Assembly: GCA_963716255.1 (NCBI GenBank)
Contig: OY970303.1
Coordinates: 4,032,001 to 4,096,000, forward strand
Origin: an uncultured Gemmatimonadales bacterium
GTDB lineage: Bacteria > Gemmatimonadota > Gemmatimonadetes > Longimicrobiales > Longimicrobiaceae
Direction: 5' to 3'
Length of the DNA: 64,000 nucleotides
In this document: positions 1 to 11,562 of the stretch, piece after piece
Position numbering within the stretch: the stretch's first letter is position 1
How the letters are laid out: every line of letters starts with the position of its first letter
The notes under the pieces: model-generated
The model's database searches: none
What the model was told of the DNA's origin: nothing
Seen by the model: the letters and a program-made list of their open reading frames with translations, nothing else
Position numbers and translations under genes: made by a program

Positions 1-149
1 TCGCCGGTCTCGCTGGCGCCCACGGAGCGCACGGGGGCCCCGGCGGCGGGCGCGGTGATCGCGCCGGTGGACGTGTCGGAGCAGGCGGCCAGGACGGAGG
101 CGCCCGCCAGGAGCAGGGCGAGCGCGGGACGGGGAACGGAACGGAGCAT
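1..149 (-). CDS. Lipoprotein, N-terminal fragment (runs off window start)
   Basis: ATG at 149 with AGGAG RBS. Reads MLRSVPRPALALLLAGASVLAACSDTSTG..., with lipobox LAAC. Not in the ORF track. Confidence 0.75.
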   Translation of the reverse strand, partial: MLRSVPRPALALLLAGASVLAACSDTSTGAITAPAAGAPVRSVGASETG

Positions 150-199
150 TGACGTCTCCTGGGCGAGGATGGCGGCCGGAATGGCCGTCGGGATCCCTG

Positions 200-273
200 C
201 TTCGGCGGCCCGGCTGTCTCGGAGAGACCCGTGGCTTTGCGGACCGGCCTCGCGGCCGGGGTGCCTTTTTCGG
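200..273 (-). promoter_or_regulatory. c-di-GMP-I (GEMM-I) riboswitch
   Basis: Minus strand reads CGAAAAAGGCACCCCGGCCGCGAGGCCGGUCCGCAAAGCCACGGGUCUCUCCGAGACAGCCGGGCCGCCGAA. It has a GNRA (GCGA) P2 loop, GCAAAGCC junction, GGGUCUC..GAGACAGCCGG P3 and closing GCCGAA. It lies about 50 nt upstream of the lipoprotein start. Confidence 0.85.
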
Positions 274-511
274 AGGGTGAGTGACCGAGTGTTTGAAGCC
301 AGGGAGTCGCGGGAACCCTGCACCGGGCGGAGCCGGCCGGCATTCACCGCGCGGCGGAAGCTATTCGCCGAACGAGCGTACGTCAAGGGCCCGCGCCGTA
401 CACCTAACCACTGCATCTACAGTCACATGAATGCCTTCGTCCACGAACCCGCGAGCACCCTTCGGGGGGTGCGCCGCACGGAGGCCGTCCACGTCCATGG
501 TTCTACGCAGG

Positions 512-540
512 TTGAATCCGGCGGCTGCCTGCGGTAAATT
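512..540 (+). promoter_or_regulatory. sigma70-type promoter of uvrA (probably leaderless)
   Basis: TTGAAT-N17-TAAATT, ending 6 nt before the ATG at 547. No SD sequence. Confidence 0.6.
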
Positions 541-546
541 TTCGGG

Positions 547-3495
<2,949 letters not shown>

Positions 3496-3521
3496 CGGCG
3501 TTTTACGGGTACGGCGGGGTT

Positions 3522-3650
3522 GGGCGTGCCCCCGGCTGGCGCCGGGGTCGGGCTTCGGCTCCGTAACGCAGCAAACAACGCTGCGTAACGGAGTCGAGCC
3601 CGCGCAAACGGCCGCGCGGTCTCGCCCCTTCGGGCCGAAATCCCTCACGC
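3522..3650 (-). repeat. 129-bp structured intergenic repeat, family 1, copy 1
   Basis: GCGTGAGGGATTTCGGCCCGAAGGGGCGAGACC...GACTCCGTT...TACGGAGCCGAAGCCCGACCCCGGCGCCAGCCGGGGGCACGCCC. Eight copies in the window. Confidence 0.95.
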
Positions 3651-3678
3651 GGGTTTCCCTCCTCCCCCGGCTTCCTCC

Positions 3679-4098
3679 GTGGAATCACCTCCCGTTCTTT
3701 CCCGGCCGCTCCGCTTCGCGGCGCTCGCCGAGCTGCTGTATGTGCCGGTGCCGCTCTTCCTGGCGGTCACCCTGCTCCCGCTGGGCGCGACGGGAGCTAC
3801 GCCCCTGCTCCTCGGCGTGTACCTGCTCCAGGCGGTGGCGGCGGTCGCCATCGGCTGGGGGCTGCGGCGGGGGTGGGGGGTGGCGCGGGTGGCGGCGCTG
3901 CTGCTGGCGGCGTACGTGCTGGCGCTGGCGTTCGTGCAGGGGCCGGCGCTGGTGACGGCCGCCTTCGGGCGGCGGGACACGGTTGCGGTGGCGACGCTGG
4001 CCGTGGCCGCGTGGGCGTGGCTGACGCAGATGGTGGCGTTCGCGGGGGCGTTGCCGGACCTCACCCGCGCGGGGCGGGCGAGGGCGCGGGGGCGCTGA
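3679..4098 (+). CDS. Hypothetical membrane protein (about 4 TM)
   Basis: 139 aa, four hydrophobic segments, GC3-rich codon usage. Confidence 0.65.
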   Translation: MESPPVLSRPLRFAALAELLYVPVPLFLAVTLLPLGATGATPLLLGVYLLQAVAAVAIGWGLRRGWGVARVAALLLAAYVLALAFVQGPALVTAAFGRRDTVAVATLAVAAWAWLTQMVAFAGALPDLTRAGRARARGR

Positions 4099-4145
4099 GC
4101 GCGGCGGGAGCGGGGCCGGGCGCGCGGCAATCTCCGCGGCTGCCC

Positions 4146-4274
4146 GCGTGAGGGATTACGGCCCGAAGGGGCGAGACCCGGCGGCGGTTTGCCGGGGCTC
4201 GACTCCGTTGAGCAGCGTTGTTTGCTGCTCTACGGAGCCGAAGCCCGACCCCGGCGCCAGCCGGGGGCACGCCC
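4146..4274 (+). repeat. Family 1 repeat, copy 2
   Basis: Aligns to copy 1 with compensatory stem changes. Confidence 0.95.
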
Positions 4275-4314
4275 GAACCCGCCGTAAATCGCTCATCCCC
4301 TCACGGCAGAATCG

Positions 4315-5181
4315 TCAGGGAGCCACGGCGATCCCTCGCAGCGGGCCGGCGTGGTCGATGGTCCCCACCAGCGTGGCGGCCCCGGTGGCGGTGTTCACGG
4401 TGAAGAGGCGCGAGCGGGTGGCGCCGGTCTCCGTCAGCGAGGCGAAGGCGCTGCCGTCGCTCCCCACGATGTCGAAGCCCACCCGGTCGGTGGTGGCGAC
4501 CCCCAGCGGCCCCACGGTGCGCATCTGGCCGTCGTTGGGGTTGGCGAGGGTGACCAGAACGTCGCGGTTGGAGTCGATGGCGAACAGCGTGGTGGTCGTG
4601 GGGGCGGGGGCGACGCTGTTGGTGTACGCCGTCCCGACGATGGCTGGGTTGCTGCCGGCGCCCGCGTCCCCGGTGGCGTAGGCCAGCGTCCCGTCGGTGG
4701 CGGCCACGGTGCCGGTGAGCTGGTTGAGGCGCAGGTTCTGCTCGGTGTCGGTGTGCACGCGCACCCGGTCCGGCACCGGGTTGAAGTCCACGCCGAAGGC
4801 CGTCCCGCTCAGCGCGGGCGTGAAGGCGGCAGCGGCCACCGGGGTGGCGACGGCGGTCACGCTGTCCACCGTGTAGACGCGACTGGAGCTGCCCACCGCG
4901 TACAGCCGCCCGTCCACCGCGCGGAAGTCGATCCCCACGACGGTCTCGCCCGCCTGGAGCCCGCTGATGGTGCCCCGCCGCGTCACCTGGTCCGGCCTGG
5001 TGCTCCCGAAGCGGACCAGGGTGTTCGCGTCGTCCACCGCGTAGACGGCCCTCCCGAAGGGGCCGGACGGCGCGGTGGCGTCGTCCTCGCACGCCGCGGC
5101 CAGCGTCGCGCACGCGGCGGCCAGGCAGACGGCGCGGAGCGTCCTGCGGGCGGGGAACGGGGTGGGGATCCACGTTGTCAT
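4315..5181 (-). CDS. DUF4394-domain lipoprotein
   Basis: AGGAGG RBS before ATG 5181, lipobox LAAAC. Motifs VGIDFR..DGRLY, GVDFNPVPDRVRV, QNLRLN and AYTNS. Confidence 0.85.
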   Translation of the reverse strand: MTTWIPTPFPARRTLRAVCLAAACATLAAACEDDATAPSGPFGRAVYAVDDANTLVRFGSTRPDQVTRRGTISGLQAGETVVGIDFRAVDGRLYAVGSSSRVYTVDSVTAVATPVAAAAFTPALSGTAFGVDFNPVPDRVRVHTDTEQNLRLNQLTGTVAATDGTLAYATGDAGAGSNPAIVGTAYTNSVAPAPTTTTLFAIDSNRDVLVTLANPNDGQMRTVGPLGVATTDRVGFDIVGSDGSAFASLTETGATRSRLFTVNTATGAATLVGTIDHAGPLRGIAVAP

Positions 5182-5263
5182 GCTTCCTCCTGGGGATGGG
5201 CCGTGCTGCGGCCGGGTTCCACGGGTACCGGGCCGGGTGCGGCCCGTCTCCAGCATCTACGCC

Positions 5264-5290
5264 GGAAACCCCCCGGCCGGATTGCACGTA
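5264..5290 (+). promoter_or_regulatory. Putative ECF (SigW-like) promoter
   Basis: GGAAAC-N17-CGTA upstream of the membrane protein at 5345. The same motif occurs at 9440. Confidence 0.45.
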
Positions 5291-5344
5291 ATTCATTCCC
5301 GTTCTTCCGGTTCGGCGTCCGACCCTCTTTTCCGGAGCACTCGC

Positions 5345-5731
5345 ATGGACTCTGACAGCAGGCTGCGCAGCCCGGGTGGCACCTCCGGAGGACTGGTGGA
5401 GTTCCTTGGGGGAGTGGCGATGGTGGTGGCGGGAGGATACCTGCTGACCACGCGCGTCACCGTGAGCAGCGGCTACTGGACGCTGTGGGGCTACGATGCC
5501 TTCGGCCTGTCCATGCTCCCGCTGCTGGTGGGCATCGGGGTGCTCTTCTTCAACGCGCGCTCCGTGCCGGGCTGGTTCCTGCTCTTCGCGGGCGCGGTGA
5601 TCATCGTCGCGGGGATCGTGGCGAACCTGCGCATCTACTTCCAGCCCACCAGCCTGTTCGCCACCCTCATGATCCTGGGCCTGATGGCCGGCGGCATCGG
5701 GCTCGTCATTCGCGGCCTGCGTCCGCACTGA
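5345..5731 (+). CDS. Conserved hypothetical membrane protein
   Basis: 128 aa, PGGTSGG motif followed by four TM segments. Confidence 0.8.
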   Translation: MDSDSRLRSPGGTSGGLVEFLGGVAMVVAGGYLLTTRVTVSSGYWTLWGYDAFGLSMLPLLVGIGVLFFNARSVPGWFLLFAGAVIIVAGIVANLRIYFQPTSLFATLMILGLMAGGIGLVIRGLRPH

Positions 5732-5754
5732 AGCCGCAAGGAGGGCCCGGCTCG

Positions 5755-5809
5755 CCCTCACCCGGCTCGCTTGAGGCTCGCCACCCTCTCCCAATTCCGG
5801 GAGAGGGGG
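5755..5809 (+). repeat. REP-like hairpin repeat, family 3b (CCCTCACCCGG...CCCTCTCCCAATT..GGGAGAGGG)
   Basis: Related copies at 52797-52849 and 59162-59225. Confidence 0.75.
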
Positions 5810-5842
5810 CAACTGCTGGATCTGGAGCGCGGGCAGGCGGTT

Positions 5843-5971
5843 GCGTGAGGGATTTCGGCCCGAAGGGGCGAGACCCGCGGGCAGTTTCGCGGGGCTCGAC
5901 TCCGTTGGCCCGCGTTGTTTGCGGGCTTACGGAGCCGAAGCCCGACCCCGGCGCCAGCCGGGGGCACGCCC
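5843..5971 (+). repeat. Family 1 repeat, copy 3
   Basis: Alignment to the other copies. Confidence 0.95.
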
Positions 5972-5985
5972 AAACCTTGCCGTTC

Positions 5986-7560
5986 CTACGCCGGCACGAA
6001 CCGCCCCATCGCCGACCGCATCGCCCGCCACTCCCCCGCCCGGAAGAAGCGCGTCGCCACCAGCAGCAGCGGAAAGGCCAGCAGCAGCAGCGCCTTGACC
6101 CCCCACTCGGCGGCGCCGTGCCCTTCCCACCCGTGCCCTCCCAGCCAGCGGTCCGCCCAGAACACCGCGGCGGCGGCCAGCCCCACGTGCAGCAGGCGGC
6201 CCCACTCGTAGGGCACCGGGTACACCCGCTGCGCCCGCCAGGCGCCCAGCCCCGCCATGAGCGCGTACGAGGCCGGCGTGGCCCACGCCACCGCCACCAT
6301 CCCCCGCCTCAGCCCCACCAGGCAGAGCGCCAGGTTGACCGCCGCGCCCACCCCGGCGATCCACGGCAGCGCCGCCGTGCGCCGCTCGATGTAGAGCCCG
6401 GCGGTGACCACCGCGTACACGCCACTGAACACGTAGCCCAGCAGGATCACCGGCACGATGGGGAGCGCAGCCCAGTACGCGGGCTCGCGCACGATGCCGT
6501 ACACGGCGGGGACGCGCACCAGCGGCGGGAGGAAGAGCGCCACCGCCAGGAACACGAAGCCGCACCCCAGCACCAGCCCGGTGAGCACCCGCGAAAAGAG
6601 CTGCGGGGCGCGCGGCTCCCGTGCGTGGGCCAGCGAGAAGGGGGTCCACGCCATGCGGAACATCTGCACCACCAGGAGCATGGCGATCCCCAGCTTGTAG
6701 TTGAAGCCGTAGCTCCCCACCACCTCCCCCGGGGTCATCCCGTACACCCGGTGCGCCACGTCCGCGGGGATGCGCGCCAGCACCAGCTTGTCCGCGTTCT
6801 CCACCAGCAGCACCGCGAACGAGGCGGGCACCAGCGGCAGGGCGTACGCCCAGAGAGGGCGCCACCCCGGGTGGCCGCGCAGCAGCGCCGGGCGGAAGAG
6901 GCGAGCCGCCTCCGGCGCCAGCGCGGCCACCAGCGCCAGGTTGGCGAGCAGGTTGGCGAGGAAGATGGCTTCCACTCCCCAGCGCAGCCCCAGGATCAGG
7001 ACCAGGTTGAGCGCCACGCTCAGCCCGATGAAGCCCAGCCGCAGCACGGCGAAGCGGCGGGCACGGTCGGTCATGCGCAGGTGCGCCCACGACACGCTGA
7101 GCAGCGCGTCCGTGTACACGATGGCCAGCAGGTAGCGCAACGCGTACGGCGGCACCCCGAAGTACCCGGCCGCCCACGGGACCGCCAGCAGCCCCGCCCC
7201 CAGCAGCACCCCCCCGATGAGGGCGATGGCGGACAGCGACATGGTGAAGGCGCGGCGCCGCGCGGTGTCCGGGTCCTCGGCGCCGTCCGCGGCGTGGGCG
7301 GCGGCGTTTCGCATGTACGCTACGTCCAGCCCCAGCACGAAGACCACCGACACCAGCGACAGGAGCGTGTAGACCACCGTCTGCACGCCGTTCTCGGCGG
7401 CGGTGAACTGCGAGGCGTAGAACGGCTGGAGCAGGTAGCCCAGGAACCGCCCCAGGATGGCGCTGAGGCCGTAGACCAGCGACTCGGAGCCGAGCCGGCC
7501 CAGACGCGCCCCGAAGCCCGTGGAAGCGGGCGGCTGGGCGGCGGGGGAAGATGGATCCAT
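5986..7560 (-). CDS. Oligosaccharide/polysaccharide flippase (Wzx/MOP family)
   Basis: About 524 aa with many TMs. N-terminal ESLVYGLSAILGRFLGYLLQPFY is typical of Wzx-like exporters. Confidence 0.85.
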   Translation of the reverse strand: MDPSSPAAQPPASTGFGARLGRLGSESLVYGLSAILGRFLGYLLQPFYASQFTAAENGVQTVVYTLLSLVSVVFVLGLDVAYMRNAAAHAADGAEDPDTARRRAFTMSLSAIALIGGVLLGAGLLAVPWAAGYFGVPPYALRYLLAIVYTDALLSVSWAHLRMTDRARRFAVLRLGFIGLSVALNLVLILGLRWGVEAIFLANLLANLALVAALAPEAARLFRPALLRGHPGWRPLWAYALPLVPASFAVLLVENADKLVLARIPADVAHRVYGMTPGEVVGSYGFNYKLGIAMLLVVQMFRMAWTPFSLAHAREPRAPQLFSRVLTGLVLGCGFVFLAVALFLPPLVRVPAVYGIVREPAYWAALPIVPVILLGYVFSGVYAVVTAGLYIERRTAALPWIAGVGAAVNLALCLVGLRRGMVAVAWATPASYALMAGLGAWRAQRVYPVPYEWGRLLHVGLAAAAVFWADRWLGGHGWEGHGAAEWGVKALLLLAFPLLLVATRFFRAGEWRAMRSAMGRFVPA

Positions 7561-7706
7561 TCGGGTCCTCCGGCGCCGGCCGGGGCAGGGGTGGCGCGGC
7601 CGCGGGCGCCGCGGCACGGAACGGGCGACGCAGGCACCTTCCGCGCCGCGCCCGCCCGGTGTAAGATCAGCGGGTCCGCACACCCCGAACGGGAAGCCGC
7701 CGAAAC

Positions 7707-8372
7707 ATGGTCTCGCTCTTCGACATCCTGGGTCCCACCATGGTGGGACCGTCCTCCTCGCACACGGCGGGCGCCTGCCGCCTGGGGCTCATGGCCCGCG
7801 CCATCCTGGGCGACACCCCGGAGCGCGCCGTGATCCGGCTGCACGGCTCCTTCGCCGCGACCGGGGAGGGGCACGGCACGCACCGCGCCATCGTGGGGGG
7901 GCTGGTGGGGCTCGCCCCGGACGACCTGCGCCTGCGCATGGCCTACGAGGAGGCGGAGCGCGCCGGCCTCTCCTGGGAGTTCGAGACGGTGGACCTGGGG
8001 CAGGAGGCCCACCCCAACACCGCGATCCTGGAGGTGTGGCGCGGCGAGGAGACCGCGGTGGTGCGCGGCGCCTCGGTGGGCGGCGGCCGGGTGCGCGTGG
8101 ACGAGGTGGACGGCTTTGCCGTGGACCTGGAGGGCGACTATCATACGCTGGTCCTGCTGGCCCACGACGAGCCGGGGACCATCGCCGCGGTGACGGCGAT
8201 CCTCGCCGGCCACGGGGTGAACCTGGCGACCATGCGGGTGGACCGCACCGGCCGCTACAAGGACGCCCTGATGACCATCGAGGCCGACGAGCCGGTGTCC
8301 GACTCCGCCCTCGCCGCCGTGCGCTCCTTCCCCTGGCTGCGCTGGGCGCGCCGGATCGACAAGATCAGCTGA
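7707..8372 (+). CDS. sdaAB: L-serine dehydratase, Fe-S dependent, beta subunit
   Basis: DILGPTMVGPSSSHTAGA, LHGSFAATGEGHGT and a C-terminal ACT domain. Confidence 0.95.
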   Translation: MVSLFDILGPTMVGPSSSHTAGACRLGLMARAILGDTPERAVIRLHGSFAATGEGHGTHRAIVGGLVGLAPDDLRLRMAYEEAERAGLSWEFETVDLGQEAHPNTAILEVWRGEETAVVRGASVGGGRVRVDEVDGFAVDLEGDYHTLVLLAHDEPGTIAAVTAILAGHGVNLATMRVDRTGRYKDALMTIEADEPVSDSALAAVRSFPWLRWARRIDKIS

Positions 8373-8452
8373 AAAGCCAGGGAACAGGGAATCCCGACCC
8401 GGCCCTTCCACCACCCAAGGGAACAGCCCCCGAAGAGGCTTCCCGCACGGTA

Positions 8453-8521
8453 GTTGCAGGCTGTTTCCTGTTCCCTGTTCCCTGTGGCGCTGCACGCTGC
8501 GCGTGCACCGAATGAATCCTG
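8453..8521 (-). repeat. Family 4 repeat (GGGAACA heptamer tract plus GTGCACGCGCAGCG block)
   Basis: Near-identical to 52707-52768 and block-permuted at 54763-54826. Has an inverted partner AGGGAACAGGGAA at 8379-8391. Confidence 0.8.
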
Positions 8522-8529
8522 GTGGCCCC

Positions 8530-9426
8530 ATGCATCGCTCCGTCGAGTCCCTGATCCGCGAGGCCGAGGAAAGCGGCCGCTCCCTTCCTCAGGTGGTGCT
8601 CGACACCGAGGCGGAGGAGAGAGGCGTCCCCGCGGAGCAGGTGCGGGCGCGCATCGCCCGGACGCTGGCCGTGATGCGCTCCGCCATCGCGGAGGGGCTC
8701 AAGGGCGAGGCGCGCTCCCCCTCCGGACTCACCGGCGGCCGGGCCCGTCTCCTCCACGACAACGGCGCGCAGATCCTGGGCGCGCGCGTCACCCTCACGC
8801 TGGCCCGCGCCATCGCCACGCTGGAGGTGAACGCCGCCATGGGGCTGATCGTGGCCGCTCCCACGGCGGGCGCCGCGGGGGTGCTCCCGGCGGTGCTCAT
8901 CAGCGTGGGCGAGTTCATGGAGGCGGACGACGAGCGGCTCACCGACGCCATGCTGGTGGCGGGCGGGGTGGGCGGGGTGATCGCGCACCGCGCCTCGCTG
9001 GCCGGCGCGGAGGGCGGCTGCCAGGCGGAGACCGGGACCGCGGCCGCGATGGCCGCCGCGGCCGTGACCTGGCTGTACGGCGGGAGCAACGAGCAGGTGG
9101 CCACCTCGGTGGCGCTGTCGCTCCAGGGAATGCTGGGCCTGATCTGCGACCCCATCGGCGGGCTGGTGGAGATCCCCTGCATCTACCGCAACGCGTCGGC
9201 GGCGATGCAGGCCATCTCCTCGGCGGAGATGGCGCTGGCGGGGCTGGACTTCCCGGTGAGCGCGGACGAGGTGATCGACGTGATGGGCGAGGTGGGGCGC
9301 CGCATGCCCGCCGCCTACCGCGAAACGGCCATGGGCGGCCTGGCGACCACGCCCTCCGCGCGGAAGCTGGTGCAGCTGGGGCTGGGCTCCTCGGGCTCCC
9401 GGAAGCCGACCGGGATCAGCCGGTAG
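8530..9426 (+). CDS. sdaAA: L-serine dehydratase, Fe-S dependent, alpha subunit
   Basis: IVAAPTAGAAGVLP, GAEGGCQAE, LGLICDPIGGLVEIPC and RETAMGGLA. Confidence 0.95.
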   Translation: MHRSVESLIREAEESGRSLPQVVLDTEAEERGVPAEQVRARIARTLAVMRSAIAEGLKGEARSPSGLTGGRARLLHDNGAQILGARVTLTLARAIATLEVNAAMGLIVAAPTAGAAGVLPAVLISVGEFMEADDERLTDAMLVAGGVGGVIAHRASLAGAEGGCQAETGTAAAMAAAAVTWLYGGSNEQVATSVALSLQGMLGLICDPIGGLVEIPCIYRNASAAMQAISSAEMALAGLDFPVSADEVIDVMGEVGRRMPAAYRETAMGGLATTPSARKLVQLGLGSSGSRKPTGISR

Positions 9427-9439
9427 GGCGCCGCCCGAC

Positions 9440-9466
9440 CGAAACTTTTCTTCCGGCACCCCCGTA
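9440..9466 (+). promoter_or_regulatory. Putative ECF (SigW-like) promoter
   Basis: CGAAAC-N17-CGTA, 10 nt before the ATG at 9477. Confidence 0.5.
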
Positions 9467-9476
9467 CCGACGAACC

Positions 9477-9734
9477 ATGACGCCGATCGTCCCCGTAATC
9501 CTCGTCGTGGTCTTCGTCCTGGGCCCCATCGCCCGCGCCGTCGCCACCCGCGTGAGCCGCGGCGGCCCCATGCTCCCCGCGCCGCCCTCGCAGGAGGTCG
9601 CGCTCCTCCGCGAGGAGGTGGAGCGCCTGGGCGCCGAGGTGGCCCGGCTCAACGAGGAGCAGGCGTTCATGCTGCGCCTGCTGGCGCCCGGCGAGCAGAA
9701 GCAGGTGCCCGGGGGCGATCCCCCGCCGGCCTGA
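9477..9734 (+). CDS. Small TM plus coiled-coil protein (PspB-like architecture)
   Basis: MTPIVPVILVVVFVLGPIARA...EVALLREEVERLGAEVARLNEEQAFMLRLL, 85 aa, upstream of pspA. Confidence 0.75.
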   Translation: MTPIVPVILVVVFVLGPIARAVATRVSRGGPMLPAPPSQEVALLREEVERLGAEVARLNEEQAFMLRLLAPGEQKQVPGGDPPPA

Positions 9735-9838
9735 GAGAACCAAGACGGAGCGCTCCGGCGGGCTCCGGTGTTTGGGGTCGGGCGGGGGGGCTCCTCCGAC
9801 TTCCCCGCGAGCATCTCGGGAACGGCGACGGCCCGGCA

Positions 9839-9886
9839 GTGCTCCCCCTCTCCCGCTTGCGGGGGAGGGGGCCGGGGGGAGGGGGC
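9839..9886 (+). repeat. REP-like family 3a (CCCCCTCTCCCGCTTGCGGGGGAGGGGGCCGGGGGGAGGGGG)
   Basis: Other copies at 52876-52919 and 54670-54717 (reverse). Each lies immediately 5' of a family 1 copy. Confidence 0.8.
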
Positions 9887-9912
9887 TTCCCGCGGACGCC
9901 AGCGCGAGCCCC

Positions 9913-10041
9913 GCGTGAGGGATTTCGGCCCGAAGGGGCGAGACCCGCGGGCAGTTTCGCGGGGCTCGACTCCGTTGCAAACGGTAGTATCGTTTGCTAC
10001 GGAGCCGAAGCCCGACCCCGGCGACAGCCGGGGGCACGCCC
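9913..10041 (+). repeat. Family 1 repeat, copy 4
   Basis: Alignment to the other copies. Confidence 0.95.
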
Positions 10042-10115
10042 GAACCCGCAGTTCAAGCAGTTGAAGTCCGTCTGTCCCGAAGAAGTCCGACCAGATCCCG
10101 AATCCGGAGACGCGC

Positions 10116-10508
10116 ATGTTGACGCGAGAGGACGTGGAAAGCTACTTGCTCCGCGCGGAGCTGACGCACGAAGAGGTGGGGGAGGGAATGTGGGTCGCCC
10201 AGCTGGACGAGGCGGGCGGGACCAAGCTGGTGGTGCACTTCTCGCCGCCGGTGCTGGTGTTCCGGCTCAAGGTGCTGGACATCCCGCAGGACCAGCAGAA
10301 GTGCGCGGGGCTGTACAAGCGGCTCCTGGAGCTGAACGCCACCGACCTGGTGCACGCCGCCTACGCCCTGGAGGAGAGCGACGTGATCCTGACCGAGACG
10401 CTCGAGCTGGAGAACCTGGACTTCAACGAGTTCCAGGCGACGGTGGACTCGTTCCAGGTGGCGCTGGCGTCGCACCTCGAGCTCCTGGCCCCCTTCCGCG
10501 ACTGCTGA
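10116..10508 (+). CDS. YbjN/CesT-like (T3SS chaperone fold) protein
   Basis: Acidic 130 aa with LYKRLLELNATDLVHAAYAL and LENLDFNEF. Adjacent to pspA. Confidence 0.8.
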   Translation: MLTREDVESYLLRAELTHEEVGEGMWVAQLDEAGGTKLVVHFSPPVLVFRLKVLDIPQDQQKCAGLYKRLLELNATDLVHAAYALEESDVILTETLELENLDFNEFQATVDSFQVALASHLELLAPFRDC

Positions 10509-10542
10509 CCGACGGGTCCGCCGAGCCCCAACCGATACCGAA

Positions 10543-11475
10543 ATGGGAATCTTCAACAAGCTGTCGACGCTGATCCGGTCCAACCTCAACGACCTGATCG
10601 CCCGGGCGGAAGACCCGGAGAAGATGCTGAACCAGGTCATCCTGGACATGCGCGAGCAGCTCACCAAGGCGAAGCAGGAAGTCGCCGTGGCGATCGCGGA
10701 CGAGCGCAGGCTCAAGGCGCAGGTGGAGGAGGAGTTCAAGCACTCGCAGGACTGGGAGCGCCGGGCCATGCTGGCCATTCGCCAGGAGCGCGACGACCTG
10801 GCCCGGCAGGCGCTTCTGCGCCAGCAGGAGCACGCCGACCGCGCGCAGACGCTCCACGAGACGTGGCAGAAGCACGCGGCGGAAACGGAAAAGCTCAAGG
10901 ACGCGCTGCGCCAGCTGAACACCAAGATCGAGGAGGCGCGCCGCAAGAAGAACCTGCTGGTCGCGCAGCAGAAGCGGGCGCAGGCGCAGAAGCGCATTCA
11001 CGAGACCATGTCGGGGCTGTCGGACAAGTCGGCGTTCGACGCTTTCGACCGCATGGCGGAGCGGATCCAGGAGAACGAACGGCGCGCCCTGGCCGCGGCC
11101 GAGGTCAGCGACGAGCTGTCGGGCGACCCGCTGGAGCGGGAGTTCGCGGCGCTGGACAAGGGGAGCAGCGGCGACGCGGACATGCGCCTGCTGGACCTGA
11201 AGCAGAAGATGGGAATGCTGCCGCCACCGGCGCCGGCGGAGAACCGGGCGCTGCCGGGAAGCGCGCAGCAGCGCCTGGGCACGGGGGCCGCCCCGGGGCA
11301 GGGGCCGGCCCAGCCCGTGGACGCCACGCAGGCCTTCGGCGGGGACCGCACGCAGGCGCTGGGGGCGGACGACACGCGGCCCATGGCGCCGGCCCAGGCG
11401 CCCGACCACATCCGCGACGCGGAGCTGCTGTCGGAGTTCGAAGCGCTGGAGGAGGAGGAGCGCGGCAGGCCGTGA
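10543..11475 (+). CDS. pspA: PspA/IM30 family protein
   Basis: MGIFNKLSTLIRSNLNDLIARAEDPEKMLNQVILDM, long coiled coil, extended Pro/Ala-rich tail. Confidence 0.95.
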   Translation: MGIFNKLSTLIRSNLNDLIARAEDPEKMLNQVILDMREQLTKAKQEVAVAIADERRLKAQVEEEFKHSQDWERRAMLAIRQERDDLARQALLRQQEHADRAQTLHETWQKHAAETEKLKDALRQLNTKIEEARRKKNLLVAQQKRAQAQKRIHETMSGLSDKSAFDAFDRMAERIQENERRALAAAEVSDELSGDPLEREFAALDKGSSGDADMRLLDLKQKMGMLPPPAPAENRALPGSAQQRLGTGAAPGQGPAQPVDATQAFGGDRTQALGADDTRPMAPAQAPDHIRDAELLSEFEALEEEERGRP

Positions 11476-11512
11476 GGCGCTTTCCTTAACCCGCCGCGGT
11501 CGATAGCTTCAC

Positions 11513-11546
11513 GGGGCCGGCGCCGTTGCGCCGGCCCCGGTCTTTC
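11513..11546 (+). terminator. Hairpin after pspA
   Basis: GGGGCCGGCGC-CGTT-GCGCCGGCCCC followed by GGTCTTTC. Confidence 0.5.
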
Positions 11547-11562
11547 TGCTCCCGGACGAGCT

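Noticed and set aside
4148..4274. Recurrent peptide MRDFGPKGRD...TEPKPDPGASRGHA as a protein family
   Set aside because: It is the translation of repeat family 1. Variation preserves base pairing, not codons, and copies 5 and 7 have frame-breaking indels.
3522..10041. Family 1 repeats as a CRISPR array, attC cassette array or tRNAs
   Set aside because: They are dispersed in both orientations between core genes, 129 bp long, with no spacers, cas genes, integrase, attC core sites or tRNA T-loop/CCA.
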